From Eledone cirrhosa (Eukaryota): a stretch of DNA of 64,000 bases. Shown here piece after piece: positions 39,301 to 54,100 of the stretch (its first letter is position 1; every line of letters starts with the position of its first letter). The notes beneath the pieces were generated by a model that was not told where the DNA came from, searched no databases, and saw nothing but the letters and a program-made list of their open reading frames with translations. The DNA is taken from assembly GCA_964016885.1 (NCBI GenBank), contig OZ024742.1:163618001-163682000 (forward strand), read 5' to 3'. The position numbers were made by a program, and so were the translations under genes.

Positions 39301-42300
39301 TTTTTTTACAAATTATCTTCCCCTGATTTTTTTTTTACAAATTATCTCCCCCTGATTTTTTTACAAATTATCTCCCCCTGATTTTTTTTACAATCTCCGC
39401 CTGATTTTTTTAAAAATTATCTTCCCTTGGCTGGCGGGAAATTATCTCCCCTTGGACGGCTGGAAATTATCTCCCCTTGTACGGCTGGAAATTATCTCCC
39501 CTTGGACGGCTAGAAATTACCTCTCCTTGGACGGCTGAAAATTATCTCCCCTTGGACGGCTGCAAATTATCTCCCCTTGATTTTTTTTACAAATTATCTC
39601 CCCCTGATTTTTTTTTACAAATTATCTCCCCCTGATTTTTTTTTACAAATTATCTACCCCTGATTTTTTTTACAAATTATCTCCCCCTGATTTTTTTTTA
39701 CAAATTATCTAACCCTAATTTTTTTTTACAAATTATCTCCCCCTGATTTTTTTTTTACAAATTATCTCCCCCTGATTTTTTTACAAATTATCTCCCCCTG
39801 ATTTTTTTTACATTCTCCGCCTGAGTTTTTTAAAAATTATCTTCCCTTGGCTGGCGGGAAATTATCTCCCCTTGGACGGCTGGAAATTATCTCCCCTTGG
39901 AAGGATGGAAATTATCTCCCCTTGGATGGCTGGAAATTATCTCCCCTTCCACGGCTGGAAATTATCTCCCCTTGGCTGGAAATTATCTCCCCTTGGACGG
40001 CTGAAAATTATCTCCCCTTGGACGGCTGGAAATTATCTCCCCCTGATTTTTTTTACAAATTATCTCCCCCTGATTTTTTTACAAATTATCTCCCCCTGAT
40101 TTTTTTACAAATTATCTCCCCTTGGCTGGCTGGAAATTATCTCCCATTGGAGGCTGGAATTTATCTCCCCTTGGACGGCTAGAAATTACCTCTCCTTGGA
40201 CGGCTGGAAAATATGTCTCCTTGGACGGCTGGATATTATCTGCCCTTGGACGGCTGGAAATTATCTCCCCTTGGACGGCTGGAAATTATCTCCCCTTGGA
40301 CGGCTAGATATTACCTCCCCTTGGACGGCTGGAAATTATCTCCCCTTGATTTTTTTTACAAATTATCTCCCCCTGATTTTTTTACAAATTATCTCCCCCT
40401 GATTTTTTTTACAATCTCCGCCTGATTTTTTAAAAAATTATCTTCCCTTGGCTGGCGGGAAATTATCTCGCCTTGGACGGCTGGAAATTATCTCCCCTTG
40501 GAAGGATGGAAATTATCTCCCCTTGGACGGCTGGAAATTATCTCCCCTTGCACGGCTGAAAATTATCTCCCCTTGGACAGCTGGAAATTATCTGTCCTTG
40601 ATTTTGTTTTTATAAATTATCTCCCCCTGATTTTTTTTACAAATTATCTCCACCTGATTTTTTAAAAAATTATCTCCCCTTGGACGGCTGGAAATTAACT
40701 CGCCTTGGCTCGAAATTATCTCCCCTTGGACGGCTAGAAATTATCTCTCTTTGGACGGCTGGAAATTATCTCCCTTTGATTTTTTTTACAAATTATCTCC
40801 CCCTGATTTTTTTTACAAATCTCCCCCTGATTTTTAAAAAAAAATTATCTCCCCTTCGCTGGCTGGAAATTATCTCCCCTTGGACACTGGAAATTATAGC
40901 CCCTTGGAGGGCTGGAAATTATCTTCCCTTGGACGGCTGGAAATTATCTCTCCTTGATTTTTTTTACAAATTATCTCCCCCTGATTTTTTTTTACAAATT
41001 ATCTCCCCCTGATTTTTTTTTACAAATTATCTCCCCCTGATTTTTTTTACAAATTATCTCCGCATGATTTTTAAAAAAAAATTATCTCCCCTTGGACGGC
41101 TGGAAATTATCTCCCCTTGGACGGCTGGAAATTATCTCCCCTTGGACGACTAGAAATTATCTCTCCTTGGACGACTGAAAATTATCTCCCCTTGGACGGC
41201 TGCAAATTATCTCCCCTTGATTTTTTTTACAAATTATCTCCGCCTGATTTTTTTTTAAAATTATCTCCCCTTGGACGGCTGGAAATTATCTCCCCTTGGA
41301 CGGCTGGAAATTATCTCCCCTTGGACGGCTAGAAATTACCTCTCCTTGGACGGCTGAAAATTATCTCCCCTTGATTTTTTTTACAAATTATCTCCCCCTG
41401 TTTTTTTTTTACAAATTATCTCCCCCTGATTTTTTTTTACAAATTATCTCCGCCTGATTTTTTTTAAAATTATATCTCCTTGGACGGCTGGAAATTATCT
41501 CCCCTTGATTTTTTTTACAAATTATCTCCCCCTGATTTTTTTTTACAAATTATCTCCCCGTGATTTTTTTTTACAAATTATCTAGCCCTGATTTTTTTTT
41601 ACAAATTATCTCCCCCTGATTTTTTTACAAATTATCTCCCCCTGATTTTTTTTTTACAAATTATCTCCCCTTGATTTTTTAACAAATTATCTCCCCCTGA
41701 TTTTTTTTACAAATTATCTCCCCCTGATTTTTTTACAAATTATCTCCCCTTGGCTGGCTGGAAATTATCTCCCCTTGGACGGCTGAAAATTATCTCCCCT
41801 TGGACGGCTGGAAATTATCTCCCCTTGATTTTTTTACAAATTATCTCCCCCTGATTTTTTTTTACAAATTATCTCCCCCTGATTTTTTTTTACAAATTAT
41901 CTCCCCCTGATTTTTTTTTACAAATTATCTCCCCCTGATTTTTTTTACAAATTATCCCCCCCTGATTTTTTTACAAATTATCTCCCCTTGGCTGGCTGGA
42001 AATTATCTCCCCTTGGAGGCTGGAATTTATCTCCCCTTGGACGGCTAGAAATTACCTCTCCTTGGACGGCTGGAAAATATGTCTACTTGGACGGCTGGAT
42101 ATTATCTCCCCTTGGACGGCTGGAAATTATCTCCCCTTGGACCGCTAGATATTACCTCCCCTTGGACGGCTGGAAATTATCTCCCCTTGATTTTTTTTAC
42201 AAATTATCTCCCCCAAATTTTTTTTACAAATCTCCCAATGATTTTTTTAAAAAAATTATCTCCCCTTCGCTGGCTGGAAATTATCTCCCCTTGGACGCTG

Positions 42301-45300
42301 GAAATTATAGCCCCTTGGAGGGCTGGAAATTATCTTCCCTTGGACGGCTGGAAATTATCTCCCCTTGATTTTTTTTACAAATTATCTCCGCCTGATTTTT
42401 CTTTTAAAATTATCTCCCCTTGGACGGCTGGAAATTATCTCCCCTTGGACGGCTGGAAATTATCTCCCCTTGGACGGCTAGAAATTACCTCTCCTTGGAC
42501 GGCTGAAAATTATCTCCCCTTGGCCGGCTGGAAATTATCTCCCCTTGATTTTTTTACAAATTATCTCCCCCTGATTTTTTTTTACAAATTATCTCCGCCT
42601 GATTTTTTTTTAAAATTATCTCTCCTTGGACGGCTGGAAATTATCTCCCCTTGATTTTTTTTACAAATTATCTCCCCCTGATTTTTTTTACAAATTATCT
42701 ACCCCTGATTTTTTTTTACAAATTATCTACCCCTGATTTTTTTTTACAAATTATCTCCCGCTGATTTTTTTTACAAATTATCTCCCCCTGATTTTTTTTT
42801 TACAAATTATCTCCCCCTGATTTTTTTACAAATTATCTCCCCTTGGCTGGCTGGAAATTATCTCCCCTTGGAGGCTGGAATTTATCTCCCCTTGGACGGC
42901 TAGAAATTACCTCTCCTTGGAAGGCTGGAAAATATGTCTCCTTGGACGGCTGGATATTATCTAGCCTTGGACGGCTGGAAATTGTCTCCCCTTGGACGGC
43001 TGGAAATTATCTCCCCTTCGACGGCTAGATATTACCTCCCCTTGGACGGCTGGAAATTATCTCCCCTTGATTTTTTTTACAAATTATCTCCCCCTGATTT
43101 TTTTTTACAAATTATCTCCCCCTGATTTTTTTTTACAAATTATCTCCCCCTGATTTTCTTTTTACAAATTATCGCCCCCCTGATTTTTTTACAATCTCCG
43201 CCTGATTTTTTTAAAAATTATCTTCCCTTGGCTGGCGGGTAATTATCTCCCCTTGGACGGCTGGAAATTATATCCCCTTGGAAGGATGGAAATTATCTCC
43301 CCTTGGACGGCTGGAAATTATCTCCCCTTGGACGGCTGGAAATTATCTCCCCTTGGACAGCTGGAAATTATCTGCCCTTGATTTTGTTTTTACAAATTAT
43401 CTCCCCCTGATTTTTTTTACAAATTATCTCCACCTGATTTTTTAAAAAATTATCTCCCCTTGGACGGCAGTAAATTATCTCTCCTTGGCTGGAAATGATC
43501 TCCCCTTGGACGGCTAGAAATTATCTCTATTTGGACGGCTGGAAATTATCTCCCTTTGATTTTTTTTACAAATTATCTCCCCCTGATTTTTTAAAAAAAT
43601 TATCTCTCCTTGGACGGCTGGAAATTATCTCCCCTTGATTTTTTTTACAAATTATCTCCCCCTGATTTTTTTTTACAAATTATCTCCCCCTGATTTTTTT
43701 TTACAAATTATCTACCCCTGATTTTTTTTTACAAATTATCTCCCCCTGATTTTTTTTACAAATTATCTCCCCCTGATTTTTTTACAAATTATCTCCCCCT
43801 GATTTTTTTACAAATTATCTCCCCCTGATTTTTTTTACAAATTATCTCCGCATAATTTTTTTAAATATTATCTTCCCTTGGCTGGCGGGAAATTATCTCC
43901 CCTTGGACGGCTGAATATTATCTCCCCTTGGACGGCTGGAAATTATCTCCCCTTGATTTTTTTACAAATTATCTCCCCCTGATTATTTTTTACAAATTAT
44001 CTCCCCCTGATTTTTTTTTACAAATTATCTCCCCCTGATTTTTTTTACAAATTATCTCCCCCTGATTTTTTTACAAATTATCTCCCCTTGGCTGGCTGGA
44101 AATTATCTCCCCTTGGAGGCTGGAATTTATCTCCCCTTGGACGGCTGGAAATTATCTCTCCTTGGACGGCTAGAAATTACCTCTCCTTGGACGGCTGGAA
44201 AATATGTCTCCTTGGACGGCTGGAAATTATCTCCCCTTCGACGGCTGGAAATTATCTCCCCTTGGACGGCTGGAAATTATCTCTCCTTGGACGGCTAGAA
44301 ATTACCTCTCCTTGGACGGCTGAAAATTATCTCCCCTTGGACGGCTGGAAATTATCTCCCCTTGATTTTTTTTACAAATTATCTCCCCCTGATTATTTTT
44401 TACAAATTATCTCCCACTGATTTTTTTTTACAAATTATCTCCCCCTGATTTTTTTACAAATTATCTCCCCCTGATTTTTTTTACAAATTATCTCCGCCTA
44501 ATTTTTTTAAATATTATCTTCCCTTGGCTGGCGGGAAATTATCTCCCCTTGGACGGCTGAAAATTATCTCCCCTTGGACGGCTGGAAATTATCTCCCCTT
44601 GATTTTTTTTACAAATTATCTCCCCCTGATTATTTTTTACAAATTATCTCCCCCTGATTTTTTTTTACAAATTATCTCCCCCTGATTTTTTTTACAAATT
44701 ATCTCCCCCTGATTTTTTTACAAATTATCTCCCCTTGGCTGGCTGGAAATTATCTCCCCTTGGAGGCTGGAATTTATCTCCCCTTGGACGGCTGGAAATT
44801 ATCTCTCCTTGGACGGCTAGAAATTACCTCTCCTTGGACGGCTGGAAAATATGTCTCATTGGACGGCTGGAAATTATCTCCCCTTGGACGGCTGGAAATT
44901 ATCTCCCCTTGGACGGCTGGAAATTATCTCTCCTTGGACGGCTAGAAATTACCTCTCCTTGGACGGCTGAAAATTATCTCCCCTTGGACGGCTGGAAATT
45001 ATCTCCCCTTGATTTTTGTTACAAATTATCTCCCCCTGATTTTTTTTTACAAATTATCTCCCCGATTTTTTTTTACAAATTATCTCCCCCTGATATTTTT
45101 TTACAAATTATCTCCCCCTGATATTTTTTACAAATTATCTCCCCCTGATTTTTTTACAAATTATCTCCCCTTGGCTGGCTGGAAATTATCTCCCCTTGGA
45201 CGGCTGCAAATTATCTCCCCTTGGACGGCTGGAAATTATCTCCCCTTGGACGGCTAGATATTACCTCCCCTTGGACGGCTGGAAATTATCTCCCCTTGAT

Positions 45301-46600
45301 TTTTTTTACAAATTATCTCCCCCTGATTTTTTTTTACAAATTATCTCCCCCTGATTTTTTTTTACAAATTATCCCCCCCTGATTTTTTTATTACAAATTA
45401 TCTCCCCCCTGATTTTTTTACAATCTCCGCCTGATTTTTTTAAAAATTATCTTCCCTTGGCTGGCGGGAAATTATCTCCCCTTGGACGGCTGGAAATTAT
45501 ATCCCCTTGGAAGGATGGAAATTATCTCCCCTTGGACGGCTGGAAATTATCTCCCCTTGGACGGCTGGAAATTATCTCCCCTTGGACAGCTGGAAATTAT
45601 CTGCCCTTGATTTTGTTTTTACAAATTATCTCCCCCTGATTTTTTTTACAAATTATCTCCACCTGATTTTTTAAAAAATTATCTCCCCTTGGACGGCAGT
45701 AAATTATCTCTCCTTGGCTGGAAATTATCTCCCCTTGGACGGCTAGAAATTATCTCTATTTGGACGGCTGGAAATTATCTCCCTTTGATTTTTTTTACAA
45801 ATTATCTCCCCCTGATTTTTTAAAAAAATTATCTCTCCTTGGACGGCTGGAAATTATATCCCCTTGATTTTTTTTACAAATTATCTCCCCCTGATTTTTT
45901 TTTACAAATTATCTCCCCCTGATTTTTTTTTACAAATTATCTACCCCTGATTTTTTTTTACAAATTATCTCCCCCTGATTTTTTTTACAAATTATCTCCC
46001 CCTGATTTTTTTACAAATTATCTCCCCCTGATTTTTTTACAAATTATCTCCCCCTGATTTTTTTTACAAATTATCTCCGCCTAATTTTTTTAAATATTAT
46101 CTTCCCTTGGCTGGCGGGAAATTATCTCGCCTTGGACGGCTGAATATTATCTCCCCTTGGACGGCTGGAAATTATCTCCCCTTGATTTTTTTTACAAATT
46201 ATCTCCCCCTGATTATTTTTTACAAATTATCTCCCCCTGATTTTTTTTTACAAATTATCTCCCCCTGATTTTTTTTACAAATTATCTCCCCCTGATTTTT
46301 TTACAAATTATCTCCCCTTGGCTGGCTGGAAATTATCTCCCCTTGGAGGCTGGAATTTATCTCCCCTTGGACGGCTGGAAATTATCTCTCCTTGGACGGC
46401 TAGAAATTACCTCTCCTTGGACGGCTGGAAAATATGTCTCCTTGGACGGCTGGAAATTATCTCCCCTTCGACGGCTGGAAATTATCTCCCCTTGGACGGC
46501 TGGAAATTATCTCTCCTTGGACGGCTAGAAATTACCTCTCCTTGGACGGCTGAAAATTATCTCCCCTTGGACGGCTGGAAATTATCTCCCCTTGATTTTT
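36358..46600 (+). repeat. Copy 2 of the ~10-kb segmental duplication (partner at 1-10.4 kb)
   Basis: Colinear series of private variants matching copy 1, differing by whole-monomer indels and scattered substitutions. Confidence 0.93.
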
Positions 46601-49600
46601 TTTACAAATTATCTCCCCCTGATTTTTTTTTACAAATTATCTCCCCGATTTTTTTTTACAAATTATCTCCCCCTGATATTTTTTACAAATTATCTCCCCC
46701 TGATATTTTTTACAAATTATCTCCCCCTGATTTTTTTACAAATTATCTCCCCTTGGCTGGCTGGAAATTATCTCCCCTTGGACGGCTGGAAATTATCTCC
46801 CCTTGGACGGCTGGAAATTATCTCCCCTTGGACGGCTAGATATTACCTCCCCTTGGACGGCTGGAAATTATCTCCCCTTGATTTTTTTACAAATTATCTC
46901 CCCCTAATTTTTTTTACAAATTATCTCCCCCTGATTTTTTTTTACGAATTATCTCCCCCTGATTTTTTTTTACAAACTATCTCCGCCTGATTTTTTTTAA
47001 AAATGATCTCCCCTTGGACGGCTGGAAATTATCTCCCCTTGGACGGCTGGAAATTATCTCCCCTTGGACGGCTAGAAATTACCTCGCCTTGGACGGCTGA
47101 AAATTATCTCCCCTTGGACGGCTGCAAATTATCTCCCCCTGATTTTTTTTTACAAATTATCTCCCCCTGATTTTTTTTTACAAATTATCTCCCCCTGATT
47201 TTTTTTTTACAAATTATCTCCCCCCTGATATTTTTTACGATCTCCGCCTGATTTTTTTAAAAATTGTCTTCCCTTGGCTGGCGGGAAATTATCTCCCCTT
47301 GGACGGCTGGAAATTATATCCCCTTGGAAGGATGGAAATTATCTCCCCTTGGACGGCTGGAAATTATCTCCCCTTGGACGGCTGGAAATTATCTCCCCTT
47401 GGACAGCTGGAAATTATCTGCCCTTGATTTTGTTTTTACAAATTATCTCCCCCTGATTTTTTTTACAAATTATCTCCACCTGATTTTTTAAAAAATTATC
47501 TCCCCTTGGACGGCAGTAAATTATCTCTCCTTGGCTGGAAATTATCTCCCCTTGGACGGCTAGAAATTATCTCTATTTGGACGGCTGGAAATTATCTCCC
47601 TTTGATTTTTTTTACAAATTATCTCCCCCTGATTTTTTTTTTAAATTATCTCTCCTTGGACGGCTGGAAATTATCTCCCCTTGATTTTTTTTACAAATTA
47701 TCTCCCCCTGATTTTTTTTACAAATTATCTCCCCCTGATTTTTTTTTACAAATTATCTACCCCTGATTTTTTTTTACAAATTATCTCCCCCTGATTTTTT
47801 TTACAAATTATCTCCCCCTGATTTTTTTACAAATTATCTCCCCCTGATTTTTTTACAAATTATCTCCCCCTGATTTTTTTTACAAATTATCTCCGCCTAA
47901 TTTTTTTAAATATTATCTTACCTTGGCTGGCGGGAAATTATCTCCCCTTGGACGGCTGAAAATTATCTCCCCTTGGACGGCTGGAAATTATCTCCCCTTG
48001 ATTTTTTTTACAAATTATCTCCCCCTGATTATTTTTTACAAATTACCTCCCCCTGATTTTTTTTTTACAAATTATCTCCCCCTGATTTTTTTTACAAATT
48101 ATCTCCCCTTGGCTGGCTGGAAATTATCTCCCCTTGGAGGCTGGAATTTATCTCCCCTTGGACGGCTAGAAATTACCTCTCCTTGGACGGTTGGAAAATA
48201 TGTCTCCTTGGACGGCTGGAAATTATCTCCCCTTGGACGGCTGGAAATTATCTCCCCTTGGACGGCTGGAAATTATCTCTCCTCGGACGGCTAGAAATTA
48301 CCTCTCCTTGGACGGCTGAAAATTATCTCCCCTTGGACGGCTGGAAATTATCTCCCCTTGATTTTTTTTACAAATTATCTCCCCCTGATTTTTTTTACAA
48401 ATTATCTCCCCCTGATTTTTTTTTACAAATTATCTCCCCCTGATATTTTTTACAAATTATCTCCCCCTGATTTTTTTTACAAATTATCTCCCCTTGGCAG
48501 GCTGGAAATTATCTCCCCTTGGAGGCTGGAATTTATCTCCCCTTGGACGGCTAGAAATTACCTCGGCTTGGACGGCTGGAAAATATGTCTCCTTGGACGG
48601 CTGGAAATTATCTCCCCTTGGACGGCTGGAAATTATCTCCCCTTGGACGGCTGGAAATTATCTCCCCTTGGACGGCTAGATATTACCTCCCCTTGGACGG
48701 CTGGAAATTATCTCCCCTTGATTTTTTTTTACAAATTATCTCCCCCTGATTTTTTTTTACGAATTATCTCCCCCTGATTTTTGTTTTACAAACTATCTCC
48801 GCCTGATTTTTTTTTTAAAATGATCTCCCCTTGGACGCCTGGAAATTATCTCCCCTTGGACGGCTGGAAATTATCTCCCCTTGGACGGCTAGAAATTACC
48901 TCTCCTTGGACGGCTGAAAATTATCTCCCCTTGGACGGCTGCAAATTATCTCCCCTTGATTTTTTTAACAAATTATCTCCCCCTGATTTTTTTTACAAAT
49001 TATCTCTCCCTGATTTTTTTTTACAAATTATCTACGCCTAATTTTTTTTACAAATTATCTCCCCCTGATTTTTTTTTACAAATTATCTCCCCCTGATTTT
49101 TTTTTACAAATTATCTCCCCCTGATTTTTTTTTTACAAATTATCTCCCCCCTGATTTTTTTTACAATCTCCGCCTGATTTTTTTAAAAATTATCTTCCCT
49201 TGGCTGGCGGGAAATTATCTCCCCTTGGACGGCTGGAAATTATATCCCCTTGGAAGGATGGAAATTATCTCCCCTTGGACGGCTGGAAATTATCTCCCCT
49301 TGGACGGCTGGAAATTATCTCCCCTTGGACAGCTGGAAATTATCTGCCCTTGATTTTGTTTTTACAAATTATCTCCCCCTGATTTTTTTTACAAATTATC
49401 TCCACCTGATTTTTTAAAAAATTATCTCCCCTTGGACGGCAGTAAATTATCTCTCCTTGGCTGGAAATTATCTCCCCTTGGACGGCTAGAAATTATCTCT
49501 ATTTGGACGGCTGGAAATTATCTCCCTTTGATTTTTTTTTACAAATTATCTCCTCCTGATTTTTTTTAAAAATTATCTCTCCTTGGACGGCTGGAAATTA

Positions 49601-51179
49601 TCTCCCCTTGATTTTTTTTACAAATTATCTCCCCCTGATTTTTTTTACAAATCTCCCCCTGATTTTTAAAAAAAAATTATCTCCCCTTCGCTGGCTGGAA
49701 ATTATCTCCCCTTGGACACTGGAAATTATAGCCCCTTGGAGGGCTGGAAATTATCTTCCCTTGGACGGCTGGAAATTATCTCTCCTTGATTTTTTTACAA
49801 ATTATCTCCCCCTGATTTTTTTTTACAAATTATCCCCCCCGATTTTTTTTACAAATTATCTCCCCCTGATTTTTTTTACAAATTATCTCCCCTTGGACGG
49901 CTGGAAATTATCTCCCCTTGGACGGCTGGAAATTATCTCCCCTTGGACGGCTAGAAATTACCTCTCCTTGGACGACTGAAAATTATCTCCCCTTGGACGG
50001 CTGCAAATTATCTCCCCTTGATTTTTTTTACAAATTATCTACCCCTGATTTTTTTTTACAAATTATCTCCCCCTGATTTTTTTACAAATTATCTCCCCCT
50101 GATTTTTTTACAAATTATCTCCCCCTGATTTTTTTTACAAATTATCTCCGCCTAATTTTTTTAAATATTATCTTCCCTTGGCTGGCGGGAAATTATCTCC
50201 CCTTGGACGGCTGAAAATTATCTCCCCTTGGACGGCTGGAAATTATCTCCCCTTGATTTTTTTTACAAATAAACTCCCCCTGATTATATTTTACAAATTA
50301 TCTCCCCCTGATTTTTTTTTACAAATTATCTCCCCCTGATTTTTTTTACAAATTATCTCCCCCTGATTTTTTTACAAATTATCTCCCCTTGGCTGGCTGG
50401 AAATTATCTCCACTTGGAGGCTGGAATTTATCTCCCCTTGGACGGCTGGAAATTATCTCTCCTTGGACGGCTAGAAATTACCTCTCCTTGGACGGCTGGA
50501 AAATATGTCTCCTTGGACGGCTGGAAATTATCTCCCCTTGCACAGCTGGAAATTATCTCCCCTTGGACGGCTGGAAATTATCTCTCCTTGGACGGCTAGA
50601 AATTACCTCTCCTTGGACGGCTGAAAATTATCTCCCCTTGGACGGCTGGAAATTATCTCCCCTTGATTTTTGTTACAAATTATCTCCCCCTGATTTTTTT
50701 TTACAAATTATCTCCCCCTGATTTTTTTTACAAATTATCTTCCCCTGATTTTTTATAACAAATTATCTCCCCCTGATATTTTTTACAAATTATCTCCCCC
50801 TGATTTTTTTACAAATTATCTCCCCTTGGCTGGAAATTATCTCCCCTTGGACGGCTAGAAATTATCTCTATTTGGACGGCTGGAAATTATCTCCCCCTGA
50901 TTTTTTTTTACAAATTATCTCCGCCTGATTTTTTTTTAAAAATTATCTCCCCTTGGACGGCTGGAAATTATCTCCCCTTGGACGGCTGGAAATTATCTCC
51001 CCTTGGACGGCTAGAAATTACCTCTCCTTGGACGGCTGAAAATTATCTCCCCTTGGACGGCTGCAAATTATCTCCCCTTGATTTTTTTAACAAATTATCT
51101 CCCCCTGATTTTTTTTTACAAATTATCTCCCCCTGATTTTTTTTTACAAATTATCTACGCCTAATTTTTTTTACAAATT

Positions 51180-54100
51180 ATCTCCCCCTGATTTTTTTTT
51201 ACAAATTATCTCCCCGTGATTTTTTTTACAAATTATCTCCCCCTGATTTTTTTTTTACAAATTATCTCCGCCTGATTTTTTTTTAAAATTATCTCTGCTT
51301 GGACGGCTGGATATTATCTCCCCTTTCATTTTTTTTACAAATTATCTCCCCCTGATTTTTTTTTACAAATTATCTACCCCTGATTTTTTTTTACAAATTA
51401 TCTCCCCCTGATTTTTTTTACAAATTATCTCCCCCTGATTTTTTTTTTACAAATTATCTCCCCCTGATTTTTTTACAAATTATCTCCCCCTGATTTTTTT
51501 TACAAATTATCTCCGCCTGATTTTTTTAAATATTATCTTACCTTGGCTGGCGGGAAATTATCTCCCCTTGGACGGCTGAAAATTATCTCCCCTTGGACGG
51601 CTGGAAATTATCTCCCCTTGATTTTTTTTACAAATTATCTCCCCCTGATTTTTTTTTACAAATTATCTCCCCCTGATTTTTTTTTACAAATTATCTCCCC
51701 TGATTTTTTTTTACAAATTATCTCCCCCTGATTTTTTTTACAAATTATCTCCCCCTGATTTTTTTACAAATTATCTCCCCTTGGATGGCTGGAAATTATC
51801 TCCCCTTGGAGGCTGGAATGTATCTCCCCTTGGACAGCTAGAAATTACCTCTCCTTGCACGGCTGGAAAATATGTCCTTGGACGGCTGGATATTATCTAC
51901 CCTTGGACGGCTGGAAATTATCTCCCCTTGGACGGCTGGAAATTATCTCCCCTTGGACGGCTAGATATTACCTCCCCTTGGACGGCTGGAAATTATCTCC
52001 CCTTGATTTATTTTACAAATTATCTCCCCCTGATATTTTTTTACAAATTATCTCCCCCTGATTTTTTTTTACAAATTATCTACCCCTGATTTTTTTTTAC
52101 AAATTATCTCCCCCTGATTTTTTTTTACAAATTATCTCCTCCTGATTTTTTTTACAAATTATCTCCCTGATTTTTTACAAATTATCTCCCCCTGATTTTT
52201 TTACAAATTATCTTCCCTTGGCTGGCGGGAAATTATCTCCCCTTGGACGGCTGGAAATTTTCTTCCCTTGCACGGCTGGAAATTATCTCCCCTTGGTCGG
52301 CTAGAAATTACCTCTCCTTGGACGGCTGAAAATTATCTCCCCTTGGACGGCTGGAAATTATCTCCCCTTGGAAGGCTGGAAATTATCTCCCCTTGGACGG
52401 CTGGAAATTATCTCCCCTTGCACGGCTGGAAATTATCTCCCCTTGGACAGCTGGAAATTATCTGCCCTTGATTTTGTTTTTACAAATTATCTCCCCCTGA
52501 TTTTTTTTACAAATTATCTCCACCTGATTTTTTAAAAAATTATCTCCCCTTGGACGGCTGGAAATTATCTCCCCTTGGACGGCTAGAAATTATCTCTCTT
52601 TGGACGGCTGGAAATTATCTCCCTTTGATTTTTTTTACAAATTATTTCCCTCTGATTTTTTTTACAAATTGCCCCCTGATTTTTTAAAAAAAATTATCTC
52701 CCCTTCGCTGGCTGGAAATTATCTCCCCTTGGACACTGGAAATTATAGCCCCTTGGAGGGCTGGAAATTATCTTCCCTTGGACGGCTGGAAATTATCTCC
52801 CCTTGATTTTTTTTACAAATTATCTCCCCCTGATTTTTTTTACAAATTATCTCCCCCTGATTTTTTTTTACAAATTATCTCCGCCTGATTTTTTTTTTAA
52901 ATTATCTCTCCTTGGACGGCTGGAAATTATCTCCCCTTGATTTTTTTTACAAATCATCTCCCCCTGATTTTTTTTACAAATTATCTCCCCCTGATTTTTT
53001 TTTACAAATTATCTCCCCCTGATTTTTTTTTACAAATTATCTCCCCGTGATTTTTTTTACAAATTATCTCCCCCTGATTTTTTTTTTACAAATTATCTCC
53101 GCCTGATTTTTTTTTAAAATTATCTCTGCTTGGACGGCTGGATATTATCTCCCCTTTCATTTTTTTTACAAATTATCTCCCCCTGATTTTTTTTTACAAA
53201 TTATCTACCCCTGATTTTTTTTTACAAATTATCTCCCCCTGATTTTTTTTACAAATTATCTCCCCCTGATTTTTTTACAAATTATCTCCCCCTGATTTTT
53301 TTTACAAATTATCTCCGCCTGATTTTTTTAAATATTATCTTACCTTGGCTGGCGGGAAATTATCTCCCCTTGGACGGCTGAAAATTATCTCCCCTTGGAC
53401 GGCTGGAAATTATCTCCCCTTGATTTTTTTTACAAATTATCTCCCCCTGATTTTTTTTTACAAATTATCTCCCCCTGATTTTTTTTTACAAATTATCTCC
53501 CCTGATTTTTTTTTACAAATTATCTCCCCCTGATTTTTTTTACAAATTATCTCCCCCTGATTTTTTTACAAATTATCTCCCCTTGGATGGCTGGAAATTA
53601 TCTCCCCTTGGAGGCTGGAATTTATCTCCCCTTGGACAGCTAGAAATTACCTCTCCTTGCACGGCTGGAAAATATGTCCTTGGACGGCTGGATATTATCT
53701 ACCCTTGGACGGCTGGAAATTATCTCCCCTTGGACGGCTGGAAATTATCTCCCCTTGGACGGCTAGATATTACCTCCCCTTGGACGGCTGGAAATTATCT
53801 CCCCTTGATTTATTTTACAAATTATCTCCCCCTGATATTTTTTTACAAATTATCTCCCCCTGATTTTTTTTTACAAATTATCTACCCCTGATTTTTTTTT
53901 ACAAATTATCTCCCCCTGATTTTTTTTTACAAATTATCTCCTCCTGATTTTTTTTACAAATTATCTCCCTGATTTTTTACAAATTATCTCCCCCTGATTT
54001 TTTTACAAATTATCTTCCCTTGGCTGGCGGGAAATTATCTCCCCTTGGACGGCTGGAAATTTTCTTCCCTTGCACGGCTGGAAATTATCTCCCCTTGGTC

